Shown: in pieces, positions 18,625-26,839 of the stretch
Position numbering within the stretch: position 1 is the first letter of the stretch
Layout of the letters: every line of letters begins with the position of its first letter
NCBI RefSeq assembly: GCF_051201565.1
Contig: NZ_CP179200.1
Span: forward strand, 1,080,001-1,112,000
Source of the DNA: Pseudothioglobus sp. nBUS_23
Lineage (GTDB): Bacteria; Pseudomonadota; Gammaproteobacteria; PS1; Pseudothioglobaceae
DNA length: 32,000 bases
Direction: 5' to 3'
Made by a program: the position numbers and the translations under genes
Notes under the pieces: model-generated
The model's input: the letters and a program-made list of their open reading frames with translations, nothing else
What the model was told of the DNA's origin: nothing
Database searches by the model: none

Positions 18625-20132
18625 GAAATATCTTCACTAATGTCGATCCACAGGGTTTTGGTTTCAGTATATTGATCATGAGCCATAAGGGAGTTATCAC
18701 GGCCACCAAACCCTGATAGCTTGTACCCACCAAAAGGAGTTGATATATCACCCTCTCCATAACAATTTACAGAAACAGTGCCCGCTTGAAGTGCTCTGCC
18801 ATATTTATGAGCCTTAGTAACACTGGAAGTGAATAATGAAGCTTGAAGTCCATAAGAAGTATCATTTGCAAGCTTAATAGCTTCTTCATCACTTTCTACA
18901 ACCATCATAGCGAATACTGGGCCAAAAATCTCTTCCTTGGCAATGACCATATCTGAATTTACTCCTGAAAAAAGAGTTGGTTCAATAAATAGACCATCGC
19001 CTGATGCAATCGAATTACCACCAACAATAACTTCAGCACCCTGCTCTTTAGCAGTCTCAATATAACCTAAAATCTTATCATACTGCTCACGTGAGATAAT
19101 TGCACCAAGCTGATTTTTTGGATCCAATGGGTCACCAGTATGCCAGTCTGTCATTTTTTCTTTTACTTTTGAAAGCATTTTATCTTTTAAATTTTTATGA
19201 ACAATTAATCTAGAATTAGCAGTGCAATTCTGACCCATATTCCAAAGTGCAGCAAATACTACATGCTCTGCAACACCATCAATATTAGTAGCATCTGAAA
19301 GCACTACTGCAGGGTTTTTCCCTCCACATTCAAGAATGATTTTTTTCAAATTACTTTGCCCAGAAAACTCTAGGAATAGCCTTCCAACCTCAGTTGAACC
19401 AGTAAAAGAAATCGCATCAATATCTTGGTGCCGTCCCATCGGTTCTCCCACATCTGGACCCTCACCTGGAAGAACATTTAAAACTCCTGGGGGAATTCCT
19501 GCTTCACTAGCTAGCTCAGCAACACGAAGAGCTGTCATTGAAGTCTGTTCGGCTGGTTTAACTATAACACTGTTCCCTCCAGCTAATGCAGGGGCAATTT
19601 TCCAAGCCAGCATCATTAGAGGAAAATTCCAAGGCAGCACACAGCCCACAACACCCAAAGGCTCACGGGTAATTAGACCAACAGCATCAGCATTTGCTGG
19701 AGAAACTTGATCATAAAGCTTATCTATAGCCTCAGCATGCCACTTTATAGTAATAATTGTTTCTGGAAGATCAGTTAATACACACTCACTAATTGGCTTT
19801 CCACTTTCTAAACTTTCCAGAACTGCAAGTTCTAATTGATTTTTCTCAATAAGGTCTGCTAACTTCAGCAATAGCTCCTTACGCTCACTAGGATGTTTAG
19901 TGGACCACTCACCTGAATTAAAAGCATCTCTGGAAACCTCTACAGCATAATTAACATCGTTATAATCACAGGCAGCTACTTTGGCTAAAACTTTCCCATC
20001 TGCAGGATTAATAGTTTCCATAATGTTTCCAGCCTTGGTTTTTTGATACTTACCATTTATAAAAGGATCAATTGGAAATTTGATTTTTGCAGCAATATCT
20101 GCATATTCATTTTTACTAAGAAGATCTGACAT
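18621..20132 (-). CDS. NAD(P)+ aldehyde dehydrogenase, PuuC-like subgroup (candidate 2-oxoglutarate semialdehyde dehydrogenase by context)
   Basis: 503 aa. VLPWNFPL, the catalytic Glu/Cys region ILECGGKNP and [15 protein letters not shown], and C-terminal [13 protein letters not shown]. Collinear with E. coli PuuC as I recall it. Confidence 0.8.
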   Translation of the reverse strand: MSDLLSKNEYADIAAKIKFPIDPFINGKYQKTKAGNIMETINPADGKVLAKVAACDYNDVNYAVEVSRDAFNSGEWSTKHPSERKELLLKLADLIEKNQLELAVLESLESGKPISECVLTDLPETIITIKWHAEAIDKLYDQVSPANADAVGLITREPLGVVGCVLPWNFPLMMLAWKIAPALAGGNSVIVKPAEQTSMTALRVAELASEAGIPPGVLNVLPGEGPDVGEPMGRHQDIDAISFTGSTEVGRLFLEFSGQSNLKKIILECGGKNPAVVLSDATNIDGVAEHVVFAALWNMGQNCTANSRLIVHKNLKDKMLSKVKEKMTDWHTGDPLDPKNQLGAIISREQYDKILGYIETAKEQGAEVIVGGNSIASGDGLFIEPTLFSGVNSDMVIAKEEIFGPVFAMMVVESDEEAIKLANDTSYGLQASLFTSSVTKAHKYGRALQAGTVSVNCYGEGDISTPFGGYKLSGFGGRDNSLMAHDQYTETKTLWIDISEDIS

Positions 20133-20145
20133 TTATATTCTCCTG

Positions 20146-21045
20146 TTAATTTAAAATTGAATGAAGTGAGGAACGAGTCTTATCTATAACACCGATCATC
20201 TCCTTTCTTAGTGAATCGTCAATAGGAAGCAATGGTGGCCTAACTTTTCCAGCTGGTCGGCCTTGTTGCTCGCAACCTAATTTAACACATTGCAGGAATT
20301 TACCACCTTGCTCTAAAGCCTCCATGAGAGGCATAAAAGCACTCATAAGAGCTCTTCCTTTCTCAAAATCAGACTGTTTTCCAAGTATATCCATTAATTG
20401 AACACACTCTGAAGGGAAAAAATTAGCTGTAGCACATACCCAAGATTTTGCCCCCCAAGCAGCAAACTCAAGAACTTGTTCTTCGCCACCAACAGCTAAC
20501 TCAATTGAAGGATAGTTATTCGATAATAGCGGTAGCCTAGAGTAGTCACCACTTGACTCTTTTATTGCTGCAACCAGAGGATTTTTCGATACTATTGATA
20601 GAAAATCCTCACCCATCTCAACTCCAGTTCTTCCTGGGTAGTTATAAAGCATTATTGGTAAACCTGTTTTATTAGCTATCTCAAGTACATGACTTGCTAA
20701 CTCTTCTTCTGACGGCAATGAATAAGGGGGAGCAGCTACTAAAAGCGATTTAGCCCCTGCATCAACTGCAGCTGATGAGATTTCTAGACATTCGTCAACT
20801 CTAATATCGTTTACTCCCGCCATAAATTCGACTTGGTTATTGATTCGATCTGCTGCAAATTTAAATTGCTGAATACGCTCTTCTTTAGAAAGAGCATAAA
20901 ATTCTCCAGTTGAGCCTCCAACAATAATCCCAGTAACACCATTCTCAATTTGCCAATCAATGACCTCTGCATACATATCCCAATCAATTTCACCACTATC
21001 ATTAAAAGGGGTAATAATAGGCGTATATATTCCTTCAAATCTCAT
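20146..21045 (-). CDS. DHDPS/NAL-family class I aldolase-like enzyme (candidate 1-pyrroline-4-hydroxy-2-carboxylate deaminase)
   Basis: 299 aa. GSTGEF, YNYPGRTG and the Schiff-base lysine context AAIKESSG. First gene of the minus operon, as in known Hyp clusters. It is not a true dapA by context. Confidence 0.72.
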   Translation of the reverse strand: MRFEGIYTPIITPFNDSGEIDWDMYAEVIDWQIENGVTGIIVGGSTGEFYALSKEERIQQFKFAADRINNQVEFMAGVNDIRVDECLEISSAAVDAGAKSLLVAAPPYSLPSEEELASHVLEIANKTGLPIMLYNYPGRTGVEMGEDFLSIVSKNPLVAAIKESSGDYSRLPLLSNNYPSIELAVGGEEQVLEFAAWGAKSWVCATANFFPSECVQLMDILGKQSDFEKGRALMSAFMPLMEALEQGGKFLQCVKLGCEQQGRPAGKVRPPLLPIDDSLRKEMIGVIDKTRSSLHSILN

Positions 21046-21273
21046 TTCTATTCTCCAATTAGAAAACTTTTAAAATGAAAATAATATACTAATTTAAACT
21101 TTTGACAGAACTTTGTAATCAATTTAAGCTATGAAAATCTTAGAAGGTTATTTAATAAATATGTCAAAAATTGAACTTACATTTTTTGGTTAAAAGTGAT
21201 AAGATGTTGCCAACATTGAACTAGGTTATTTTAAATATTCAGTGTTTTGTTTAAATTTAAAAAGGAGAAATAA
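21046..21273. promoter_or_regulatory. Divergent control region for the two catabolic/transport operons
   Basis: 228-bp AT-rich gap between divergent start codons, so it must carry both promoters. It holds a perfect TTGACA on the + strand (21102-21107) and a perfect TTGACA on the - strand (21167-21162). It also holds the near-palindrome ATGTTG-C-CAACAT at 21204-21216 and a strong SD (AAGGAG) before 21274. Confidence 0.5.
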
Positions 21274-22089
21274 ATGAAAATGTTTTCTAAAACATTAGTG
21301 TCGCTTACTGCTGCAGCAGTTATGCTTACAGGAGCGACAACTGCATATGCAGATAAGTTAGATGATGTAATTGATGCAGGTGTATTAAGATGTGGAGTAG
21401 TTCTTGACTTTCCACCTATTGGATATCGAGATGCAAATAATGAGCCAGCAGGTTTTGATGTTGAGTACTGTAAAGACCTTGCAGCAGCCCTAGAAGTTGA
21501 TTATGAAATTATTGCTGTGACTTGGGCTGAGCGCCTCCCATTAATCGTTACTAATCGTGGTGATGTTGTTTTTGGAGGTACTTCTGATACTCTATCTCGT
21601 GCCAAGACAGTTGGCTTTACCATACCTTATGCAATTTATTATGCTCAGGCAGTTGTAGGGGCAAATAGTGGAATTGTTACTGTTGAAGATATGTATGACA
21701 AAAAAGTTGCTGCAGCTGTTGGAACTGTCCCTGAACAGGAATGGCTTAAAATTGCTGAAGAATTAGGAATTGAAGGTAACTATCAAGGCTATCAGTCTGA
21801 GAATGAAGTGTTCTTAGCAGTAGCTCAAGGTAAAGCTGATGCAGGTATAACAACTAATACAACAGTTCTTCCAATTACTCAGCAGTTTGATACGGTTATC
21901 GCTGGTCCACGTATGCCATGGGGCACTGACTATACTTCTGTAGTTGGCCCACGTATGGATGTTACTTGGCTAAACTACCTTAATCTTTTTGTAACGCAAC
22001 AAGTTCGTTCTGGGCGTTATCAAGAGCTTTGGGGTAAGTTTGTTGGTGGCGAAGCACCTGAATTACGCATTCCTGGTGTTTACTACTAA
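21274..22089 (+). CDS. Polar amino-acid ABC transporter, periplasmic substrate-binding protein (family 3)
   Basis: 271 aa. Signal peptide ending TTAYA|DK. SBP_bac_3-like motifs (LRCGVVLDFPPIGY, GFDVEYCKDLA, KADAGI). Confidence 0.82.
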   Translation: MKMFSKTLVSLTAAAVMLTGATTAYADKLDDVIDAGVLRCGVVLDFPPIGYRDANNEPAGFDVEYCKDLAAALEVDYEIIAVTWAERLPLIVTNRGDVVFGGTSDTLSRAKTVGFTIPYAIYYAQAVVGANSGIVTVEDMYDKKVAAAVGTVPEQEWLKIAEELGIEGNYQGYQSENEVFLAVAQGKADAGITTNTTVLPITQQFDTVIAGPRMPWGTDYTSVVGPRMDVTWLNYLNLFVTQQVRSGRYQELWGKFVGGEAPELRIPGVYY

Positions 22090-22103
22090 TAGATAATTTC
22101 AAT

Positions 22104-22131
22104 ATGGCCGGCTTGCCGGCCATTTTTTTTT
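22104..22131 (+). terminator. Intrinsic terminator / intra-operon attenuator hairpin after the binding-protein gene
   Basis: ATGGCCGG-CTTG-CCGGCCAT gives a perfect 8-bp GC-rich stem with a 4-nt loop (22104-22123). A T9 run follows. It stands out sharply from the AT-rich background. Confidence 0.8.
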
Positions 22132-22141
22132 AAAATCAATT

Positions 22142-22801
22142 ATGGATTACAACTTCCATTGGAGACCAGTATTTAAATCTCTGCCTGATTTATTAGAATC
22201 AGCATTAGTAACATTAGAGGTTGCAATCCTCTCAATGATATTAGGAATATTATTTGGTCTAGGCCTCTCTTTAATTAGAATTAAAATGACGGGTCCTTTA
22301 AAGTGGTTTGCTGTCTCATGGATTGAGCTTGCTCGAAACACACCAGCACTATTACAATTATTTTTCTTTGGATTTGGACTCGGTGCATTTGGAATTCACT
22401 TTAGCCCCTTTCTAATAGTATTATTGGGCTTAACCTTTAATAACTCCGGCTACTTAGCTGAAAATTTTAGAGGTGGATTTAATTCTATTCCAGATACGCA
22501 AATTCGAGCCTCACTAAGCCTTGGAATGAATAATTTTCAAACTTACACAAGAATTATAATTCCTCAAGTTCTTAGAGTTGTATATCACCCAATGACTAAC
22601 CAAATGGTTTGGGCTGTTTTGATGTCTTCTTTAGGAATGCTAGTTGGCTTTCGTGAACTCTCAGGTGAAACACAATTTTTTGCATCTAAAACATACCGTA
22701 TTTTTGAGTATTTTGCTGCAACTGCAATTATTTACTACGTGATAGTAAAGATTATTCTTGGTCTTTCAAGATTATTAGCTTCACGTCTTTTTAAGTATTA
22801 G
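22142..22801 (+). CDS. Polar amino-acid ABC transporter permease (HisM/HisQ-type)
   Basis: 219 aa with 5 TM segments. Contains the EAA-type loop region (IRASLSLGMNNFQTYTRIIIPQ). Confidence 0.82.
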   Translation: MDYNFHWRPVFKSLPDLLESALVTLEVAILSMILGILFGLGLSLIRIKMTGPLKWFAVSWIELARNTPALLQLFFFGFGLGAFGIHFSPFLIVLLGLTFNNSGYLAENFRGGFNSIPDTQIRASLSLGMNNFQTYTRIIIPQVLRVVYHPMTNQMVWAVLMSSLGMLVGFRELSGETQFFASKTYRIFEYFAATAIIYYVIVKIILGLSRLLASRLFKY

Positions 22802-22811
22802 GAGAGTCTTC

Positions 22812-23471
22812 ATGGAATCAGCTTCTACATACTTTTCAGGATTTAATATTAATGATTTATTGTATCTTGGTGAAGCTGCTTTAAGAACTCTATGGATCTC
22901 ATTCTGGGCTATCAGTATTGGATCTTTTATTGGAATTTTTCTAGGATTGGCGTTAAGTGTTTCAAGGTTTATAGCATATACACTGGGTGCAATTTTAGAT
23001 GTTTTCCGGTCCGTTCCACTAATTATTCAGTTAGTATTATTTTTTAACTTTGCGCCTATTATTGGTCTAAGGCTTAACCCATTTGAAGCTGGCTTAATTG
23101 TTCTTATTATCTATACTTCAGCTTATGTTGCCAATGTTGCAAGAGGAGGAATTGAAGCTGTTGGAATTCCTATGAGAAGAGCTGCAAGAAGCTTAGGTAT
23201 GACTTATTGGCAAGATTTACGTTATGTTGTATGGCCAATTGGACTCCGTGCTGTATTTCCTGCTTGGGTGGGCGTTGCTTTAGGAGTTCTAAAAGATAGT
23301 GCATTAGTTTCAATACTTGGATATATAGAGCTTTTAAAAGCTTCTCAAATACTTATGACGCGAACTCAAGAGGCAATCCTAATATTATCAATTGCTGGTG
23401 CATTCTATTTTGCTTTATCTTATCCAATTTCTTATTATGCAACTCGACTTGAAAAAAGGTGGTCTGAATGA
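22812..23471 (+). CDS. Polar amino-acid ABC transporter permease (second subunit)
   Basis: 219 aa. Conserved loop RRAARSLGMTYWQDLRYVVWP. The stop overlaps the ATPase start (ATGA). Confidence 0.82.
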   Translation: MESASTYFSGFNINDLLYLGEAALRTLWISFWAISIGSFIGIFLGLALSVSRFIAYTLGAILDVFRSVPLIIQLVLFFNFAPIIGLRLNPFEAGLIVLIIYTSAYVANVARGGIEAVGIPMRRAARSLGMTYWQDLRYVVWPIGLRAVFPAWVGVALGVLKDSALVSILGYIELLKASQILMTRTQEAILILSIAGAFYFALSYPISYYATRLEKRWSE

Positions 23472-24193
23472 TTAAAATTACGAATCTTCATAAACAATAT
23501 GGTGAACTTGAAGTATTAAAGGGAATTGACCTTGACGTGCCAAAAGGAGAAGTGCTAAGTGTTATAGGATCTTCTGGCTCAGGAAAATCAACATTACTAT
23601 ATTGTATTAATGGCCTAGAGCCAATCCAAAAAGGTCAAATTATTGTAGATGATATTGATGTTCATGCTAGTGATACAAATCTTAACTCGGTTCGCCAAAA
23701 CATGGGAATGGTTTTTCAACAGTGGAATAGTTTTCCGCATTTAACAGTTCTTGAAAACGTAGCACTTGCACCAAAAATTGTTAGTAAACTTTCAAAGAAA
23801 GAAGCACTAGAAGTTGCAGAAAAACAGCTGCTTCATGTTGGACTTGGAGATAAGCTAACTCAATATCCATCTGCACTTTCAGGTGGTCAGCAACAACGTC
23901 TTGCTATTGCTCGTGCTTTAGCAATGGAGCCAAAATGCATGTTGTTTGATGAAGCTACATCTGCTCTGGATCCAGAGCTTGTAGGAGAAGTTCTAGATAC
24001 AATTAGACTTCTTGCTGATGAGGGCATGACTATGATTTGTGTTACCCATGAGATGGGATTTGCTAGAGAAGTCTCTGATAGAGTGGCTTTTTTTCATGAG
24101 GGCAAAATTGAAGAAATCAACCAACCAGAAGAAATATTTGGCTCAGCTAAATCTAAGTATTTACAAAAATTTCTATCAAAAGTTAAAACCTAG
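23468..24193 (+). CDS. Polar amino-acid ABC transporter ATP-binding protein (GlnQ/HisP-like)
   Basis: 241 aa. Walker A GSSGSGKST, Q-loop, signature LSGGQQQR, Walker B MLFDEATSALD, H-loop CVTHEM. Confidence 0.9.
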   Translation: MIKITNLHKQYGELEVLKGIDLDVPKGEVLSVIGSSGSGKSTLLYCINGLEPIQKGQIIVDDIDVHASDTNLNSVRQNMGMVFQQWNSFPHLTVLENVALAPKIVSKLSKKEALEVAEKQLLHVGLGDKLTQYPSALSGGQQQRLAIARALAMEPKCMLFDEATSALDPELVGEVLDTIRLLADEGMTMICVTHEMGFAREVSDRVAFFHEGKIEEINQPEEIFGSAKSKYLQKFLSKVKT

Positions 24194-24222
24194 GACTATT
24201 TACTACTTACCGGAATTTATCT

Positions 24223-25929
24223 GTGGGAAAACTTTCCAATAACGACGCAATTATCTTTGTACAAAATAATGTGGAAGGGGATGTTGTAGTCTGTAATGAA
24301 GGGTTGAGTTTCTGGGGGGGTGTTGATCCTAATACAGGAGTAATTATTGATATTCACCACCCTAATTGTGGAGAACAGCTTTCTGGAAAAATTTTACTTA
24401 TGCCCACTTCTCGAGGCTCATGCAGTGGAAGTGGGGTATTGCTGCAGCTAGCGCAAAATGGAAATGCGCCAGCTGCACTTATATTTAAAGAAAATGAAAA
24501 CATCTTAACTCTTGGAGCAATGATTGCTGAAAGACTCTTTAACAAAAAAATTGCAATATTGCGTCTGAAGCCTAACATTTATAATTTATTATCTTTACAG
24601 AAATCTGTAAAAATTGATAATCTTAAATTATATTTCTCAAGTACCTCAATTAATTTATGTCAGCCTGATTTAAATAGAATTTACTTAAATGATTCAGATA
24701 AAAAAATGTTGTCTGGTAATCATGGTAAAGCCACAAAAATTGCAATGGAAATATTATGTTTGATGGCTGCTTCTCAGAATGCAGATAAATTAATCGATGT
24801 TTCTAGGGGTCATATTGATGGATGTATCTTGGCACATGATGCTAATCTCAATTTTGCAGAAAAAATGCTTGATATGGGCGCGCGTGTTATTATCCCAACT
24901 ACAATTAATGCAATCTCAGTAGACAGGGAAAATTGGCAGTCACAAGCTGTAGCTCCTGAACTGGGTGATAAAGCTAGCCGACTTGCTGATGCCTATGTCA
25001 AAATGGGTGCTTATCCAACATTTACATGTGCGCCTTATTTTTTAAGTGAAAAACCAACTCAAGGCGAAGTTATTGGATGGTCTGAGTCAAATGCTGTTAT
25101 TTATGCAAATTCTGTAATCGGAGCTCGGACTCAAAAGCATCCAGATTATTTAGATTTATTCATAGCCATGACTGGGCGCACTCCAAATACTGGTGTTTAT
25201 TTGGAAGATAATCGAAAGCCTAGTTGCGAAATTAGAATATCACTACCTTTGAAATTTGATGAGTCTATTTGGCCAATGATAGGTTGGTTGGCTGGCTATA
25301 AATCACCAAATGGAATTCCAGTTTTAATTGGCCTTGAAGATACTGTACTGAGTAATGATGATTTAAAAGCTTTATGTGCAGCATTTGGTACAACATCTGC
25401 CTCTCCAATGTTGCACATTAAAGGACATACGCCAGAGGGTGAATTGCCATCCACTTTAGATGCTGTCACTTCAACTATAAGGCCTAATGATTTATTAAAT
25501 TTGTGGCAAAAATTCAATACTGGCAGTAACAAAATAGATTTAGTTGCAATTGGGAGTCCTCATGCATCTCCTGTTGAGTGTGAGAAGTTTTTGAAATTGT
25601 TATTGGAAAAAAATCAACCTGTTGTTGTTCCAACTATTTTGACTGTTGGGCGAGAAACCCTATCTAAATTAAAAGACTATGGGAGTTTAAATCAACTTTC
25701 CAAATTAGAAGTTCAAATTATCCCTGATATTTGTTGGTGCTCAATTACTGAACCAGTTTTTCCATCAAAGACACAATCGTTAATTACTAATTCTGGCAAA
25801 TATGCTCACTATGGTGAAGGTTTAACAGGTCGAAATATCAGGTTTGGAAGTTTATACGACTGTGCAATCGCCGCTTTAACTGGTTTTGTTAATAATGAGC
25901 CTCCTGATTGGTTGAACTCCTCCACTTAA
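24223..25929 (+). CDS. Aconitase X, fused single-chain form (N-terminal DUF126 swivel domain + DUF521 catalytic domain); candidate cis-3-hydroxy-L-proline dehydratase
   Basis: 568 aa, GTG start. The N-terminal ~110 aa (LSFWGGVDPNTGVIIDIHHP...GKILLMPTSRGSCSGSGVL) look like DUF126. The rest looks like DUF521 (TFTCAPY, GWSESNAVIYANSVIGARTQ, MTGRTPNTGVYLEDNR). Three candidate Fe-S ligand cysteines are HIDGC, TCAPY and CWCS. Confidence 0.75.
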   Translation: MGKLSNNDAIIFVQNNVEGDVVVCNEGLSFWGGVDPNTGVIIDIHHPNCGEQLSGKILLMPTSRGSCSGSGVLLQLAQNGNAPAALIFKENENILTLGAMIAERLFNKKIAILRLKPNIYNLLSLQKSVKIDNLKLYFSSTSINLCQPDLNRIYLNDSDKKMLSGNHGKATKIAMEILCLMAASQNADKLIDVSRGHIDGCILAHDANLNFAEKMLDMGARVIIPTTINAISVDRENWQSQAVAPELGDKASRLADAYVKMGAYPTFTCAPYFLSEKPTQGEVIGWSESNAVIYANSVIGARTQKHPDYLDLFIAMTGRTPNTGVYLEDNRKPSCEIRISLPLKFDESIWPMIGWLAGYKSPNGIPVLIGLEDTVLSNDDLKALCAAFGTTSASPMLHIKGHTPEGELPSTLDAVTSTIRPNDLLNLWQKFNTGSNKIDLVAIGSPHASPVECEKFLKLLLEKNQPVVVPTILTVGRETLSKLKDYGSLNQLSKLEVQIIPDICWCSITEPVFPSKTQSLITNSGKYAHYGEGLTGRNIRFGSLYDCAIAALTGFVNNEPPDWLNSST

Positions 25930-25942
25930 AAATTATTGATCT

Positions 25943-26737
25943 CTACTTTAATTTGCCAAAAAATAACATTCTAGCAGTCTCTGAAAGCTCTATATTTGGC
26001 TCTGAATTGTAAGCTAAGACTGACAATATTCTGGTTCTATCTCCAACAGTTGGGGTTACACGATGAATTGCATCTTTGCCTCTAAAAAGAACCAGCGAAC
26101 CATTTTCCATCGCTAGTTTTTTAGGTTTGCATTGCCCATTTATTAAATTCAAAACTTGATCATAGTTGTTATCATTATTTTTTGAGTTTCTAAAATCCCT
26201 TATATACTCAAATTCACCACCCGCCTCAGGCTTCTGAATGAGCAAGGTAATTGCAAATGATGAGTTGTCGAAATGCCAACCAAGCTCTTGCCCAGTCTTT
26301 GCATAGTGTATATTGATTGAAGATAAATTATCATCATATTTATATAGACTCTCTTCATTAAGAACACTACAAAGAAACTCCTTAAAGTCCTCTGAATCAT
26401 AAAGAGCTCTCAATGCTGAGCCATTTGGAATCTGATCATCAGTTATGCACCCCTTTGAGGAGACTACTGTTCTATTTCTTGGATGACTCTTATGGTAATT
26501 ATTGTCAAAAGGGTCTAAGTAAACATTGTGTTCATTTACACAATAATAAGCTAATCTTTCTTGCTGTTTGGCCTCTTCAAGAATACTTCGAATAGAGTCT
26601 GACAAAAGAAAGTTTTTAAGAACTAAGACTCCATCCTGCTCAAGCATTGATTTACATTTTGATCTATACTCCTGATCATCAATGGGATGACTCTTGGTAT
26701 TTAAAATTGAAGTGAGTTTATTGGTTTGGTTATTCAA
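25943..26737 (-). CDS. Fe(II)/2-oxoglutarate-dependent oxygenase (P4H-like, 2OG-FeII_Oxy_3-type); substrate unknown
   Basis: 264 aa. Facial triad H155-x-D157 (GWHFDN) and H225 (DAIHRV). A basic 2OG-binding residue lies 9-11 residues later (R234/R236, GDRTRIL). A GGEF strand is also present. HxD, not HxG/A, so hydroxylase-type rather than halogenase-type. Confidence 0.65.
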   Translation of the reverse strand: MNNQTNKLTSILNTKSHPIDDQEYRSKCKSMLEQDGVLVLKNFLLSDSIRSILEEAKQQERLAYYCVNEHNVYLDPFDNNYHKSHPRNRTVVSSKGCITDDQIPNGSALRALYDSEDFKEFLCSVLNEESLYKYDDNLSSINIHYAKTGQELGWHFDNSSFAITLLIQKPEAGGEFEYIRDFRNSKNNDNNYDQVLNLINGQCKPKKLAMENGSLVLFRGKDAIHRVTPTVGDRTRILSVLAYNSEPNIELSETARMLFFGKLK

Positions 26738-26839
26738 ATCAAAAATTAGACTATTTGTTTTAAATATAATTTTAAAGATAATTGGTCGGAATGAGTCGAC
26801 ATGTTAATAGATAATTAAACAAAAAAAATTAGCAATCAA

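Noticed and set aside
19336-19710. 124-aa plus-strand ORF inside the ALDH gene, plus similar shadow ORFs at 384..641, 1704..1994, 3956..4261, 7012..7323, 14544..14789, 17062..17349 and 28654..28920.
   Set aside because: These are antisense or out-of-frame shadows of strongly supported genes. They are Pro/Ser/Arg-rich and have no start context or motif support.
20146-21045. Considered annotating this gene as dapA (lysine biosynthesis).
   Set aside because: It heads an operon with an ALDH, proline-racemase-family genes and a D-amino-acid dehydrogenase. That is the known context of the Pyr4H2C deaminase subgroup of the DHDPS family. It is therefore called family-level with a context-based candidate function only.
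21131-21190. 19-codon uORF (MKILEGYLINMSKIELTFFG) in the leader of the ABC operon, considered as a possible attenuation leader peptide.
   Set aside because: It has no SD sequence and no enrichment for proline or any single regulatory amino acid. No alternative terminator/antiterminator structures follow it. A chance ORF is likely in AT-rich DNA.
24039-24242. 67-aa ORF bridging the ABC ATPase 3' end and the acnX start, considered as a possible small linker gene.
   Set aside because: It is out of frame inside the well-supported ATPase gene and has no motif. The acnX N-terminal swivel domain needs the GTG start at 24223.
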